The notes beneath the pieces are model-generated. The model was not told the DNA's origin and ran no database searches. It saw nothing but the letters and a program-made list of their open reading frames with translations. Positions 1 to 8,980 of a stretch of 64,000 nucleotides of DNA are shown here, one piece after another; the stretch's first letter is position 1; each line of letters opens with the position of its first letter. The DNA comes from Bacillota bacterium (GTDB taxonomy: Bacteria > Bacillota > Clostridia > DUPQ01), in the NCBI GenBank assembly GCA_036743175.1, contig DAINQB010000002.1, forward strand, positions 26,757 through 90,756, read 5' to 3'. A program made the position numbers and the translations under genes.

Positions 1-372
1 TTTTTTTAATTGTTCCTGCTTCAATGAGAATCCCGCATGATCATCTGACAGCGTCCCAAGCCTCAGGGCAAATTTTCTTTTTTCTTTCAATTTAGTAAAA
101 AATTCATAGGTCCATGAATAAGTAATACTTTTGGCGAAGTATATGTTTTTCTTCAGAAATGGATGAAAGACTGTAGAATCCAGAGGCGGACAGTCATAAT
201 AGAATATTCGATAGAGATATCTTTCATCTTTCAAATCATAAGTATCCTTGATGTGGGCTATGCAATAAGTATTAAGCTCATTTGCACGATCTTCAGGAGA
301 TTTCCTGCCCCACAGATAAGCGGCTCTTTTTCTGTAAAAACCACCATCAACCAATATTGCTGTATGAATCAT
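1..372 (-). CDS. hypothetical protein, NYN/LabA-like fold suspected; partial, 3' end runs off the window start
   Basis: Minus-strand ATG at 372 is preceded by GGAG 10 nt upstream, and the reading frame stays open to position 1. The translation begins MIHTAILVDGGFYRKRAAYLWG. The listed plus-strand ORF 163-462 is its antisense shadow. Confidence 0.4.
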   Translation of the reverse strand, partial: MIHTAILVDGGFYRKRAAYLWGRKSPEDRANELNTYCIAHIKDTYDLKDERYLYRIFYYDCPPLDSTVFHPFLKKNIYFAKSITYSWTYEFFTKLKEKRKFALRLGTLSDDHAGFSLKQEQLKK

Positions 373-479
373 ATAAATTTCTCCATGTACAATAAAGCTC
401 CTGACCTCGACAATTCCCATATCATTGGGATGTCTAATATCAGGAGCTTACTAATAAATTAAACCTTTCGGTTACCAGT

Positions 480-508
480 ATATTATTCCTGAACCGGACA
501 ATTGTCAA
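480..508 (-). promoter_or_regulatory. sigma70-like promoter (TTGACA-N17-TAATAT) for the NYN-like gene
   Basis: Read on the minus strand: TTGACA at 508-503, a 17-nt spacer, and TAATAT at 485-480. This sits about 100 nt upstream of the ATG at 372. Confidence 0.35.
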
Positions 509-606
509 TAGCTGTTGTATGGGGACGTGGGTTCATAACTGAACCTATAAGCACAATCCAGACCCTGGCTTTTCTGTTAGGTTAATACAATTTATCTAAA
601 TCAATT

Positions 607-1251
607 TCAACGCCCTATAAACTCATATTCACTTATTTGTTCAAGGAAAGCAATTGCCTCATCCACTTGTTTTGGAACACAGACACTTACATATTCAGCC
701 TGGTCACCGGCTGTCTTGCTTATATGGTTGATATAGAGGTCATTTATCAGAATCCCCGGTGATTTACCTTTGATGAAACGTGAGTATCCTACCAGCATCT
801 CATTGAGCCATACTATCTGATAATTTTCCAGCTTGTTAAAATCAGGCAGGAAGTATATGTCAACGATGTCTCCTGCCGACATGCATCCTGCATTGAAATT
901 ATCTCCGTCAACCTTCAGTGCAACATACCTGTCATCCCCCCTATTCACGGAACTGTCATATACCGATGCAGCCGTAATGATCCCACCTTTTTCCACATCT
1001 CCTGTAAGTGTCATTCCAACAAGGGAATCCTTTCCCGGAGAAATCGGGGCAGAATCACCTTTATCAGTATAAATCACAAGTTCCCTGAGATATGACTCCT
1101 GAAGAACCGTACCTTTTCCATAATCATCCGTTGCAACAAATACCGTTGTTTCATTGCTCCTGGCAGCTGACTTTGCAATTGCTGCCTGTACAATTGTCAG
1201 AACAGCAGCCAGCAAAACTGCGATAATAATATAAATACTTTTTTTCATCAT
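607..1251 (-). CDS. cpaB: Flp pilus assembly protein CpaB/RcpC-like (SAF domain)
   Basis: An N-terminal signal/TM segment (MMKKSIYIIIAVLLAAVLTIVQA) is followed by a beta-rich SAF-like domain. It is the last gene of a tad-type operon and overlaps the upstream gene in an ATGA junction. Confidence 0.65.
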   Translation of the reverse strand: MMKKSIYIIIAVLLAAVLTIVQAAIAKSAARSNETTVFVATDDYGKGTVLQESYLRELVIYTDKGDSAPISPGKDSLVGMTLTGDVEKGGIITAASVYDSSVNRGDDRYVALKVDGDNFNAGCMSAGDIVDIYFLPDFNKLENYQIVWLNEMLVGYSRFIKGKSPGILINDLYINHISKTAGDQAEYVSVCVPKQVDEAIAFLEQISEYEFIGR

Positions 1252-1706
1252 TCCATCCTTATGCAGGGAATCTCAACATCCCTGTGAATATAGAACTGCA
1301 CCCTGTCACCATTGATTCTTCTGAAGGTAACCTTGACCAGCAGATGTATGAAGTCATACTGTGATGTATTTCCGAGCTCGCATCTTTCTCCTGCCTCATG
1401 TACACCGGCATCACACTCCTTTATCTTTATTCCTGCGGGAGTATTCTCCTCAAGGTATTCATGGATTTTGTTTTCAAGGCTTTCATCATCCGGGAATATT
1501 ATGTCTCCTGAAGCAAGACTTTCATCATCAATCTCCCAGTAGGCCGACATTGCGGCAAGGTCTGCAGTTTCGTTCATGATATTGACAACATACTTCATGT
1601 AGATTTTCTCTGTCATGCATGTAAAGAGAGGTATCATAAGGAAAACCAGAAAACCCAGCAAAACAATGCTCTGTCCCACGCCAAAACCTTTGTTCCACCG
1701 GATCAT
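1248..1706 (-). CDS. TadE/TadF-like minor pseudopilin (putative)
   Basis: A 152-aa protein with a single N-terminal TM helix (GQSIVLLGFLVFLMIPLF) and an acidic extracellular part. It sits in the tad operon between the pilin and cpaB. Confidence 0.45.
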   Translation of the reverse strand: MIRWNKGFGVGQSIVLLGFLVFLMIPLFTCMTEKIYMKYVVNIMNETADLAAMSAYWEIDDESLASGDIIFPDDESLENKIHEYLEENTPAGIKIKECDAGVHEAGERCELGNTSQYDFIHLLVKVTFRRINGDRVQFYIHRDVEIPCIRME

Positions 1707-2083
1707 CTGTTGACCACCTTTCTTGCAACCGTATTTCTTTCATATGACATTTCATAATCACGGCCGGTTCTTTGCAATATGCCGAACAACCCATTCTGTG
1801 TATATACCACACTTACAGAAAGCGTCATGACGGAGCCTGCCTTTGCCGAAGCAGGAGCGGATATGCTTATTTCACTGAATCCCATTGACTCAAGCTCAGT
1901 CCTCAGTTCGTTGCAGGCTGAACTTCCAAGCCCGGAATTATACTCCATTCTCATCAGGTAGTCCCTGCAGGTATCACGAAAATCCATGTTCCTTCCTATC
2001 GGGACAAAGCACTCCGTCATGTAAATGCATATGCTCATTACGATTACCAGCAAAACTGCCGATATCAAAGCTCTCTCTGCCAT
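1703..2083 (-). CDS. TadE-like/DUF4320-like pseudopilin (putative)
   Basis: A 126-aa protein with an N-terminal hydrophobic helix (ISAVLLVIVMSICIYM). Its position and size match the pseudopilins of Firmicutes tad loci. Confidence 0.4.
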   Translation of the reverse strand: MAERALISAVLLVIVMSICIYMTECFVPIGRNMDFRDTCRDYLMRMEYNSGLGSSACNELRTELESMGFSEISISAPASAKAGSVMTLSVSVVYTQNGLFGILQRTGRDYEMSYERNTVARKVVNR

Positions 2084-2301
2084 CAGCTTGCAGGAAATAT
2101 CTTCCCGATGATGCTGTCATTGACCCAGTTGTCCATCTGACCCATTATCCCCTGGGCAAAGTTCCTGAACCCCGGAATGACCACAAAGGCCGCAACAATC
2201 AGAACTGCTGCAATCCCGATTACTTCATACAGTCCGAAACCCTTTGTGTTCCTCATGTAACCCAGGTTTTTCAAAAACCATACCTTGATCTTCTTTTTCA
2301 T
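2083..2301 (-). CDS. flp: Flp/type IV-like prepilin (class III signal peptide)
   Basis: The internal start MKKKIKVWFLKNLGYMRNTKG/FGLYEVIGIAAVLIVAAFVV has a KG/F cleavage-type motif with Glu at +5 and a hydrophobic helix. ATG at 2301 has GGAGGA upstream. The mature protein is about 50 aa. Confidence 0.6.
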   Translation of the reverse strand: MKKKIKVWFLKNLGYMRNTKGFGLYEVIGIAAVLIVAAFVVIPGFRNFAQGIMGQMDNWVNDSIIGKIFPAS

Positions 2302-2311
2302 AACTTCCTCC

Positions 2312-3088
2312 TCATGTAAATATACTGTCCAGAGCACTTTGCACATCCATGATTGTTGGTACAAGGACCATACAGACAACGATGCCACAAAGAAGAACCA
2401 CCGTAACAAGACATCGGGTCTTCAATGAGTCCGTCATTCGCTGTATGTATGCAAAGTATCTGTTGAACATCATTTGTTCCAGCCTGCCCAATAGCTCCTC
2501 ATCCCGGCTTTCAAACAGACCGTCCTTGATAGACATAGTAAAATTCCTTGATTCCGGTGTGTCTATCCTTTTTGATATATCATCAGCAAGCCTGGCATTG
2601 TCATATGTAACCGAATAGGCAGCACATGCTTCGGTAAAAATCTTTGACAGATCCCTGTCCTCAATAACCTCATGCATGTTCCTTAGTGCATCGGCAGGTC
2701 TTACTCCCGCTGCAATCTGATTCAGGATGTATTTATAAATGCGATAGGCATTACGCTGGAACAATGAATCATGTTTTCTTTTTCTGAATCGAAGCAATAA
2801 TCCCGAAAGAAAGGCAGGGGCCGTCATCAGCAATATTCCTCCGGCTGAATCAACAAAGACAGCTGTCAGAATACCAACAGGCAGCATTGCCATGGGAAGG
2901 AGAACATAGAATACAATGTCTGCCTTTGAATGCACCCCTGCCTTTTCCAATCTGTGGTATAACACAGGAAACAGTGGCTTAACTCTTTTGATGGTCTTGT
3001 TTGTTTCAACTCTCAGGCCGGCAGCCCTCGCATGATTCAAAAGAATCACTGCTGCTGATAAATTAAAAATGAAGATTGCAATTATCAT
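2312..3088 (-). CDS. tadC: TadC-like type II secretion system F-family membrane protein
   Basis: T2SS-F-like topology with two TM blocks flanking a cytoplasmic helical domain. It is adjacent to tadB and cpaF. Confidence 0.75.
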   Translation of the reverse strand: MIIAIFIFNLSAAVILLNHARAAGLRVETNKTIKRVKPLFPVLYHRLEKAGVHSKADIVFYVLLPMAMLPVGILTAVFVDSAGGILLMTAPAFLSGLLLRFRKRKHDSLFQRNAYRIYKYILNQIAAGVRPADALRNMHEVIEDRDLSKIFTEACAAYSVTYDNARLADDISKRIDTPESRNFTMSIKDGLFESRDEELLGRLEQMMFNRYFAYIQRMTDSLKTRCLVTVVLLCGIVVCMVLVPTIMDVQSALDSIFT

Positions 3089-3091
3089 GTC

Positions 3092-3889
3092 TTACCTTCC
3101 AGTCATGAACAGCAGGGCTGCTGCAAAAACAGTTGAAAATACAAGCAGCAGACTGTTGCCAAAAGATGTATTGAGATAAAACTCTCCTGCAGTAGGGTTG
3201 TTCAGCAAAAACCAGAATGCAGTCGCTATTACAATGATGACTGTAATGTATACAGCGCCCCTGTCCCTGACCGTTGATATCTTTCTTTTGAAAGTTTCCT
3301 CGTCTATTCTGAAGTACTGCTGCTCCATCCCGGTAAAGAGCTTATGAAGGTTGCCTCCCTTTTCAGCAGCAAACCGAATGCTTCTGCTAAGATATCTCAT
3401 GTCCTCACTGCTGCTTTCTTTTTCAAGGATTGAAAACGCCTTGATTATATCCATCCCGCCGTTTATCCTTCCAAGTGTTCTGTCAACAAGCGTTCCCAGA
3501 GGTCTTTCGATGCCTGCCTCTGACGTTTTTCTAAGACAGAACACCATGTCGTTCCTTACTGCGCTCCATTTTGACATTGTCATAAGAAAGTATGTAATTT
3601 GGCAGGACTCCTTGTTCTGCCTTGCCCGTGAAACCATGTCAAAGGCACCATATACACAAAAAGCGGGTAACACTGAAATGGATATTGCAGCAGCAGTACT
3701 TCCTGTAACCAAATTGAAAATCATATAAGATACAACGAATGCAAATAAGGAGGCCAAGTATTCATTTTTCCTGTCAAAACGAATTCCAACGCCTTTGTTT
3801 CTTCCGGTAATCTTATCCCATATATCAGAATTGATATACACTGTGTATAAAACAAACACAGCAATGAGATTAATAACAAAATAAATCAT
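3092..3889 (-). CDS. tadB: TadB-like type II secretion system F-family membrane protein
   Basis: Paralogous to the following gene, with a T2SSF-like domain and N- and C-terminal TM segments. It sits immediately downstream of the CpaF ATPase. Confidence 0.75.
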   Translation of the reverse strand: MIYFVINLIAVFVLYTVYINSDIWDKITGRNKGVGIRFDRKNEYLASLFAFVVSYMIFNLVTGSTAAAISISVLPAFCVYGAFDMVSRARQNKESCQITYFLMTMSKWSAVRNDMVFCLRKTSEAGIERPLGTLVDRTLGRINGGMDIIKAFSILEKESSSEDMRYLSRSIRFAAEKGGNLHKLFTGMEQQYFRIDEETFKRKISTVRDRGAVYITVIIVIATAFWFLLNNPTAGEFYLNTSFGNSLLLVFSTVFAAALLFMTGR

Positions 3890-5070
3890 GGCATTTCCCT
3901 TTTGTAAATATTTTCATAATCAAGTTCCCGGCCGGTTGCTCCGAATACCGAAATGATCTCCATAACCTTGAATTGCTTCAGATAAACAACATAGTCAATG
4001 CCGGAGGCAGCGGATTCCATAAGTCTTTCAACGGAATCACCGGAACCGGCTCCTGCGGCAAGTGAAACTATCCTTCCTATGGCCTCACCGGCACTCTTTG
4101 AATGAATGGTTCCAAGCATTCTATGACCGGTGCATGATGCTTTTATGAACGAGTATGCCTCTTCGCCAACCAGTTCACCGACACAGTAAGTGTCAAGGGA
4201 CATTGTAAGTCCGTCCCTGACGAGTTTTTCAAGGGGAACAGGTTTGCCGCCTTCTTCAGGCCTCTTGGTTCTTTGCTCAATGCAGAAGGCCTTCTGCGGA
4301 TATATTTCAGCATCAGACTCTACAACCAGTACTCTTTCAAGTTCAGGCAGTCTATTGAGGAATGCCCTCATAAGTGTGGTTTTGCCTGCAGCTCCTTTCC
4401 CGCAGAACAGAATGCTTTGGCCGCTCTTCGAGAGTTCCGTCAGTATTTCAAAGGCCTTTTCATCAAGCATTCCGAGCATATGCAGGTCCTCCATTGTATA
4501 GGGAGAATGTCTGTGCTTCCTTATACTTATTGCCGGACCTGATACGTTGCGTGGTGGAATGGAAACATTTATTCTAAGATGTTTTTCCAGGTCAGCGGTC
4601 CTGCAGTGGGTATCATCTTCATTCAGGAACCCTCCGCTCCTTACCGCCACAAGACGGCAGTATGTCTCAAACGCCTTCATGCTGCCGAAATCAACATCAA
4701 TCCGCGACCTGATACCTAGACGTTTTATCGTGAATTCGTTGTATCTTGTTCCATCAATGTCACTGATGTCCTCATCATCTATGTATTTTTGCAGCACTCC
4801 GTAGCCGAACATGAAGTCGAATATACCTCTGATCAACTCATCCCTGTCAACTGAAAAATACAGGTTGTCCCTGTCCAGTATCCGAACTATTTCCCTGCGA
4901 AGGCCATCATTGTCATCCTTTGATCCAAATGCATTCATGACAAAGTAAGGTTTGTCCTCTATTATTTCCGCAGTTATTTTCATTGCGAGGCTTTCCGTTG
5001 AAACCGGCATTCCCGTTTTTTTCTCAACCATGCTGCTTACAGGCTCAAAAAGGGTTTTTACCAAAGGCAT
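3886..5070 (-). CDS. cpaF: CpaF/TadA secretion ATPase (VirB11/GspE family)
   Basis: Walker A reads GKGAAGKTT and Walker B reads LVVESDAEIY. The Asp box and His box are typical of TadA/CpaF. Confidence 0.9.
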   Translation of the reverse strand: MPLVKTLFEPVSSMVEKKTGMPVSTESLAMKITAEIIEDKPYFVMNAFGSKDDNDGLRREIVRILDRDNLYFSVDRDELIRGIFDFMFGYGVLQKYIDDEDISDIDGTRYNEFTIKRLGIRSRIDVDFGSMKAFETYCRLVAVRSGGFLNEDDTHCRTADLEKHLRINVSIPPRNVSGPAISIRKHRHSPYTMEDLHMLGMLDEKAFEILTELSKSGQSILFCGKGAAGKTTLMRAFLNRLPELERVLVVESDAEIYPQKAFCIEQRTKRPEEGGKPVPLEKLVRDGLTMSLDTYCVGELVGEEAYSFIKASCTGHRMLGTIHSKSAGEAIGRIVSLAAGAGSGDSVERLMESAASGIDYVVYLKQFKVMEIISVFGATGRELDYENIYKREMP

Positions 5071-6281
5071 CAGAACACCTCCAGTTTCTTCAAAGTCCTG
5101 GTCATATATTTACCACTTCGGCTTTTGTCCGATGGAATATAGGCGTTTCCGTTCCTGACCGCAGCTGCCCTCCCGGACTCAAAAGGCATGTTTCCAAGCC
5201 ATCTGATTTCAGATGACAGCCGTGCCATTGAGGGATCGGCAGCCTTGTCACTCAATCCATATCCCATAATATTGAGTCTCTTTGTATTTACTCCCTGCCG
5301 TCTCACAAAATGCAATGTAAGTGCATTGATTTTTCTTATATCAAAAGGGCCCTTTTCAACGGTGAAGATAATCTGGTCACATACAAAAAGTGATTCGATG
5401 AATATACTGTCATATGGAAACGGATTGCAGCATAAGACAATGGCATCATAACTGTTCTTCAATCTTCCGGAAATTTTTCTTATCAATCCATCAGAGCAGC
5501 CTTCATATGCATCAAAACTGTTCAGACATGGCAGTATATCGGGTTTACCGGGCTTGGAACCTGCTATGATTCCAAATCCATCTTCAATCCCCCCCTCAAA
5601 TCCGTATTCATGGGATGATCCGCTCATCTTCTTTATTCCCATCAGCATGTCAATCCCGGGAGCAAGTAAATCAAGGTCTGCAAGGAGAGTTTTGACATTG
5701 AGTGAAATGACTGATGCAATTTCACAGGCAAGAAAGGGGTTGCCCGGTATACATATAAGATAAGGATATGATTCAGCATCCTCTCCCCCGGTTTTTTTCC
5801 TGAGGAACCTTTGCAGCTCATTGGCCATCTCACTGGCAGATGAATACCTGTCCTTTGGAAGTTTCATCAAGGCTCTGTCTATCAATGGCCACATTCCCTT
5901 GTCAATGCCTTTCATGCTCCTGTCAAAGAGCTTCCTTGTCCTTCCTGTAAGACAGTAATGCATCAACTGACCCACTGAATAGATGTCGGATTGTTCCGTG
6001 GCTTCAAATCCCGCAAGTTTTTCCGGTGCGCAAAAACCAGACGATCCGTTTTCACCGGAGGTGGAACCGAAATCAATCAATATCGCTCTGTTTTCCCTTA
6101 TCATTATGTTGGAAGGTTTTATGTCTCCATGAATCATAGGAACGGGCCTTATGGAATGCATGTTAACAAGAATCCCAAGAAGATCCAGTATATAACCCAT
6201 GATTCTGAATTCCTCAGGTTTTTCATCCCTCAGGACATCCTCAAGGGTTCTGCCCTCGATCAGTTCCATTACAACAAACAA
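5070..6281 (-). CDS. Ser/Thr protein kinase-like domain fused to a TadZ/CpaE-like MinD-fold domain (atypical P-loop). The true N-terminus probably extends to about 6509.
   Basis: Hanks kinase motifs are present: VMELIEG, HGDIKPSNIM, DFGST and CAPE. The C-terminal 200 aa has a ParA/MinD-like fold (YDAIVLCCNPFPYDSIFIESLFVCDQIIFTVEK) with a degenerate Walker A (ICIPGNPFLACEIAS). The frame is open in-frame upstream to 6509 and encodes a kinase N-lobe, but it contains no ATG, GTG or TTG. The listed ORF starts at TTG 6281. Confidence 0.65.
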   Translation of the reverse strand: MFVVMELIEGRTLEDVLRDEKPEEFRIMGYILDLLGILVNMHSIRPVPMIHGDIKPSNIMIRENRAILIDFGSTSGENGSSGFCAPEKLAGFEATEQSDIYSVGQLMHYCLTGRTRKLFDRSMKGIDKGMWPLIDRALMKLPKDRYSSASEMANELQRFLRKKTGGEDAESYPYLICIPGNPFLACEIASVISLNVKTLLADLDLLAPGIDMLMGIKKMSGSSHEYGFEGGIEDGFGIIAGSKPGKPDILPCLNSFDAYEGCSDGLIRKISGRLKNSYDAIVLCCNPFPYDSIFIESLFVCDQIIFTVEKGPFDIRKINALTLHFVRRQGVNTKRLNIMGYGLSDKAADPSMARLSSEIRWLGNMPFESGRAAAVRNGNAYIPSDKSRSGKYMTRTLKKLEVF

Positions 6282-6585
6282 GGATGATTCCGTTTCAAAG
6301 GCATCATAGATTTCCGGAATACCGGGATGCCTGAGTTTTCTCAGGGATGAATAATCATTGGCTGAATTTCTGGCATTGCCCTTGATTTCCTTGACTATTC
6401 TTTCTGCTCCGGTAATCTCATCGTATGCAATATATACAACACGATTTTTATGTGATGAAATTTCCTTTAGTATTCGATATCTGTCATTCAGCTTTTTGAT
6501 GGTTTTGCCTCACTGGTATTTTTTGTCATTTATAAATTAACATATTTTACCATTTTGCGCAATACCTCTTCAATCATTTTTTTCT

Positions 6586-6613
6586 TTGAAACATTATGCA
6601 ACTATTGTATAAT
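6586..6613 (+). promoter_or_regulatory. sigma70 promoter with extended -10 (TTGAAA-N16-TGTATAAT) for the ECF-DUF62 operon
   Basis: TTGAAA lies at 6586-6591 and TGnTATAAT at 6606-6613. This is about 85 nt upstream of the ATG at 6699, which has an AAGGAGA RBS. Confidence 0.5.
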
Positions 6614-6698
6614 GGACACAGGAATTTATTACGAAGTCATAGGAGCTGGATGTCAATGACCGTGGTAAACTCAAATTATCATGAAGGAGACTATATAA

Positions 6699-7259
6699 AT
6701 GAAAAAATTATTCAAGGTTACAACGAAGACAATTGTTGCAACAGGTCTTGGGGCAGCCCTTTTTACACTGCTGTTCATGTGGGTGAAGATACCTTCCCCG
6801 ATCCCTGAGACAAGTTTCCAGACTGCATACGGACTCGGTGGTATGTTTGCTGCTTTGTTCGGTCCCATTGCCGGTGCACTCATAGCTTTCATAGGCCACG
6901 CACTCAGTGATGCAATCCAGTATGGATCACCATGGTGGAGCTGGGTCATTGCAAGTGGAGTAGCCGGTTTTGTATTTGGTTTTGCATATCTCAAGTGCAG
7001 GGCTGAAGAGGGAATATTCACATGGAAGGATGTCCTCAATTTCAATATCATCCAGATAATAGGTAATGTAATTGCCTGGATAATTGTAGCTCCTGTCCTT
7101 GACATAGTCATCTATGCCGAACCGGTGAACCTTGTATTCACACAGGGTGCAGTTGCATGCCTTATGAACGTAATAAGTGCAGGTGTATTTGGATCATTGC
7201 TTCTTTGGGCATATTCACTTACAAGAACCAAAAAGGGAAGCCTTAAGAAAGAGGACTAG
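6699..7259 (+). CDS. ECF transporter S component (substrate-capture subunit), substrate unknown
   Basis: A 186-aa protein with six predicted TM helices. It is followed directly by ecfA-ecfA' and ecfT, which is the arrangement of a dedicated group I ECF module. Confidence 0.7.
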   Translation: MKKLFKVTTKTIVATGLGAALFTLLFMWVKIPSPIPETSFQTAYGLGGMFAALFGPIAGALIAFIGHALSDAIQYGSPWWSWVIASGVAGFVFGFAYLKCRAEEGIFTWKDVLNFNIIQIIGNVIAWIIVAPVLDIVIYAEPVNLVFTQGAVACLMNVISAGVFGSLLLWAYSLTRTKKGSLKKED

Positions 7260-7267
7260 TTTACTTA

Positions 7268-8980
7268 ATGAAAAAAGAACCGATTATCGCGTTCCGTGGG
7301 TTTTCATTCCAATACTTCAGCCAGTCTGAGCCCACACTGCACGATATAAACCTGGAAATCAATCCGGGAGAGAAAATAATGATAGCAGGGCCCAGTGGCA
7401 GCGGAAAAAGCACCCTGGGCCATTGCTTGAATGGACTTATTCCCTTTGCTTACAAAGGAGAAATTTCCGGGAGCCTGCAAGTCGGCGGAACAGAAACCCG
7501 GGATATGGATATCTTCACACTTTCAAAGACTCTTGGTACTGTTCTTCAGGATGCAGATGGTCAGTTCGTGGGACTGACCGTAGGTGAAGACATCGCTTTT
7601 TCAATGGAGAATGACAGGATACCCCAGTCAGAGATGAAGGAACGTGTAAGGAAGGTCGCAAAGATGGTTGACATGGACAGGTGGCTCACCAACTCTCCAT
7701 ATGAATTATCCGGAGGCCAGAAACAACGGACTGAGCTGGCAGGCGTCATGATAGATGACGTTGATGTGCTGCTCTTTGATGAGCCCCTTGCCAACCTTGA
7801 CCCAGCCACCGGAAGACAGGCCATTGAAATCATTGATGACATCCACAGGGAATCCGGAAAAACAATCATAATAATTGAACACAGGCTTGAGGATGTCCTC
7901 CACAGGCCCATTGACAGAATCATTGTTCTTGATGAGGGGCGGATTGCAGCCGACATGAATCCCCATGAATTGATTTCCTCAGCGATTCTCAAGGAAACCG
8001 GGATTCGTGAACCTCTTTATGTAACTGCACTGAAGTTTGCAGGTGTGAAGGTTACCCCAGAAATGAAGCCGGGACACATTACGACACTTTCCATCAATGA
8101 TGATGAAAAAGAAGCAGTAAAGCTTTGGTACCAGTCAGTGGAACCGGATTTCCCGCCGATATCCAATGACAATGTACTTGAACTGGAAGGCATTTCCTTC
8201 AGCTATGATGAAGGAGTGGAGGTTCTGCATGATGTCAGTTTTGGAATCAGGCAGGGTGAAATGCTGTCATTGGTGGGAATGAACGGAGCCGGCAAGTCCA
8301 CCATCGCAAAACTGATGTGCGGATTCGAGAAAGAAAGCAAGGGGCGGATCCTTTATATGGGAGATGATATCGCAGATGAAAGCATCAAGGAGAGAGCCGA
8401 GAGAATAGGCTATGTGATGCAAAATCCAAATCAGATGCTTTCACAGCCCATGATCTTTGATGAAGTTGCACTGGGACTTAAACTCAGGAACCTGCCTGAA
8501 GAGGAAATTGACATAAGGGTACGAAAGGCGCTGGAAATCTGCGGGTTGCTTCCCTTCATCAAATGGCCTGTATCTGCATTAAGCTACGGTCAGAAGAAAA
8601 GGGTTACCATAGCTGCAATACTCGCCCTTGACCCGAAGCTGATTATCCTGGATGAACCGACGGCAGGACAGGATTACAGACATTATACAGAAATCATGGA
8701 ATTTCTAAGGACCATAAACCATTCCGGTGTTACAGTTCTTATGATTACCCATGATATGCATCTTATGCTGGAATACACAGCAAGGTCATTGGTTGTCACT
8801 GATGGTCGTCTGATATGTGACCAGCCTGCTTCCGTTGTTCTTACTACACAGGAGGTAATTGAATCAGCCAATCTGAAGGAAACATCATTGTTCACGCTGG
8901 CACAGATGGTTGGAATAGACGACGAAACATCATTTGTACAAAGATTCATAGATTATGAAAGGCAGGTGGAGAAAAAATGA
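7268..8980 (+). CDS. ecfA: ECF transporter ATPase, fused tandem ABC domains (EcfA-EcfA')
   Basis: There are two Walker A motifs (GPSGSGKST and GMNGAGKST), two LSGGQ-type signatures (LSGGQKQR and LSYGQKKR) and two Walker B motifs. Confidence 0.9.
   Translation: MKKEPIIAFRGFSFQYFSQSEPTLHDINLEINPGEKIMIAGPSGSGKSTLGHCLNGLIPFAYKGEISGSLQVGGTETRDMDIFTLSKTLGTVLQDADGQFVGLTVGEDIAFSMENDRIPQSEMKERVRKVAKMVDMDRWLTNSPYELSGGQKQRTELAGVMIDDVDVLLFDEPLANLDPATGRQAIEIIDDIHRESGKTIIIIEHRLEDVLHRPIDRIIVLDEGRIAADMNPHELISSAILKETGIREPLYVTALKFAGVKVTPEMKPGHITTLSINDDEKEAVKLWYQSVEPDFPPISNDNVLELEGISFSYDEGVEVLHDVSFGIRQGEMLSLVGMNGAGKSTIAKLMCGFEKESKGRILYMGDDIADESIKERAERIGYVMQNPNQMLSQPMIFDEVALGLKLRNLPEEEIDIRVRKALEICGLLPFIKWPVSALSYGQKKRVTIAAILALDPKLIILDEPTAGQDYRHYTEIMEFLRTINHSGVTVLMITHDMHLMLEYTARSLVVTDGRLICDQPASVVLTTQEVIESANLKETSLFTLAQMVGIDDETSFVQRFIDYERQVEKK

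Noticed and set aside
163-462. 99-aa plus-strand ORF at the left edge
   Set aside because: It lies entirely antisense to a better-supported minus-strand gene (ATG 372 with GGAG RBS, NYN-like N-terminus, open to the window edge). It has no RBS and low-complexity translation.
6614-6698. Riboswitch upstream of the ECF S-component gene
   Set aside because: The leader between the extended -10 promoter and the RBS is about 80 nt and AT-rich with no conserved stems. That is too short for the SAM, cobalamin or purine classes.
6671-7111. 146-aa minus-strand ORF
   Set aside because: It is antisense to the ECF S-component gene, which has a strong promoter, an RBS and the operon context.
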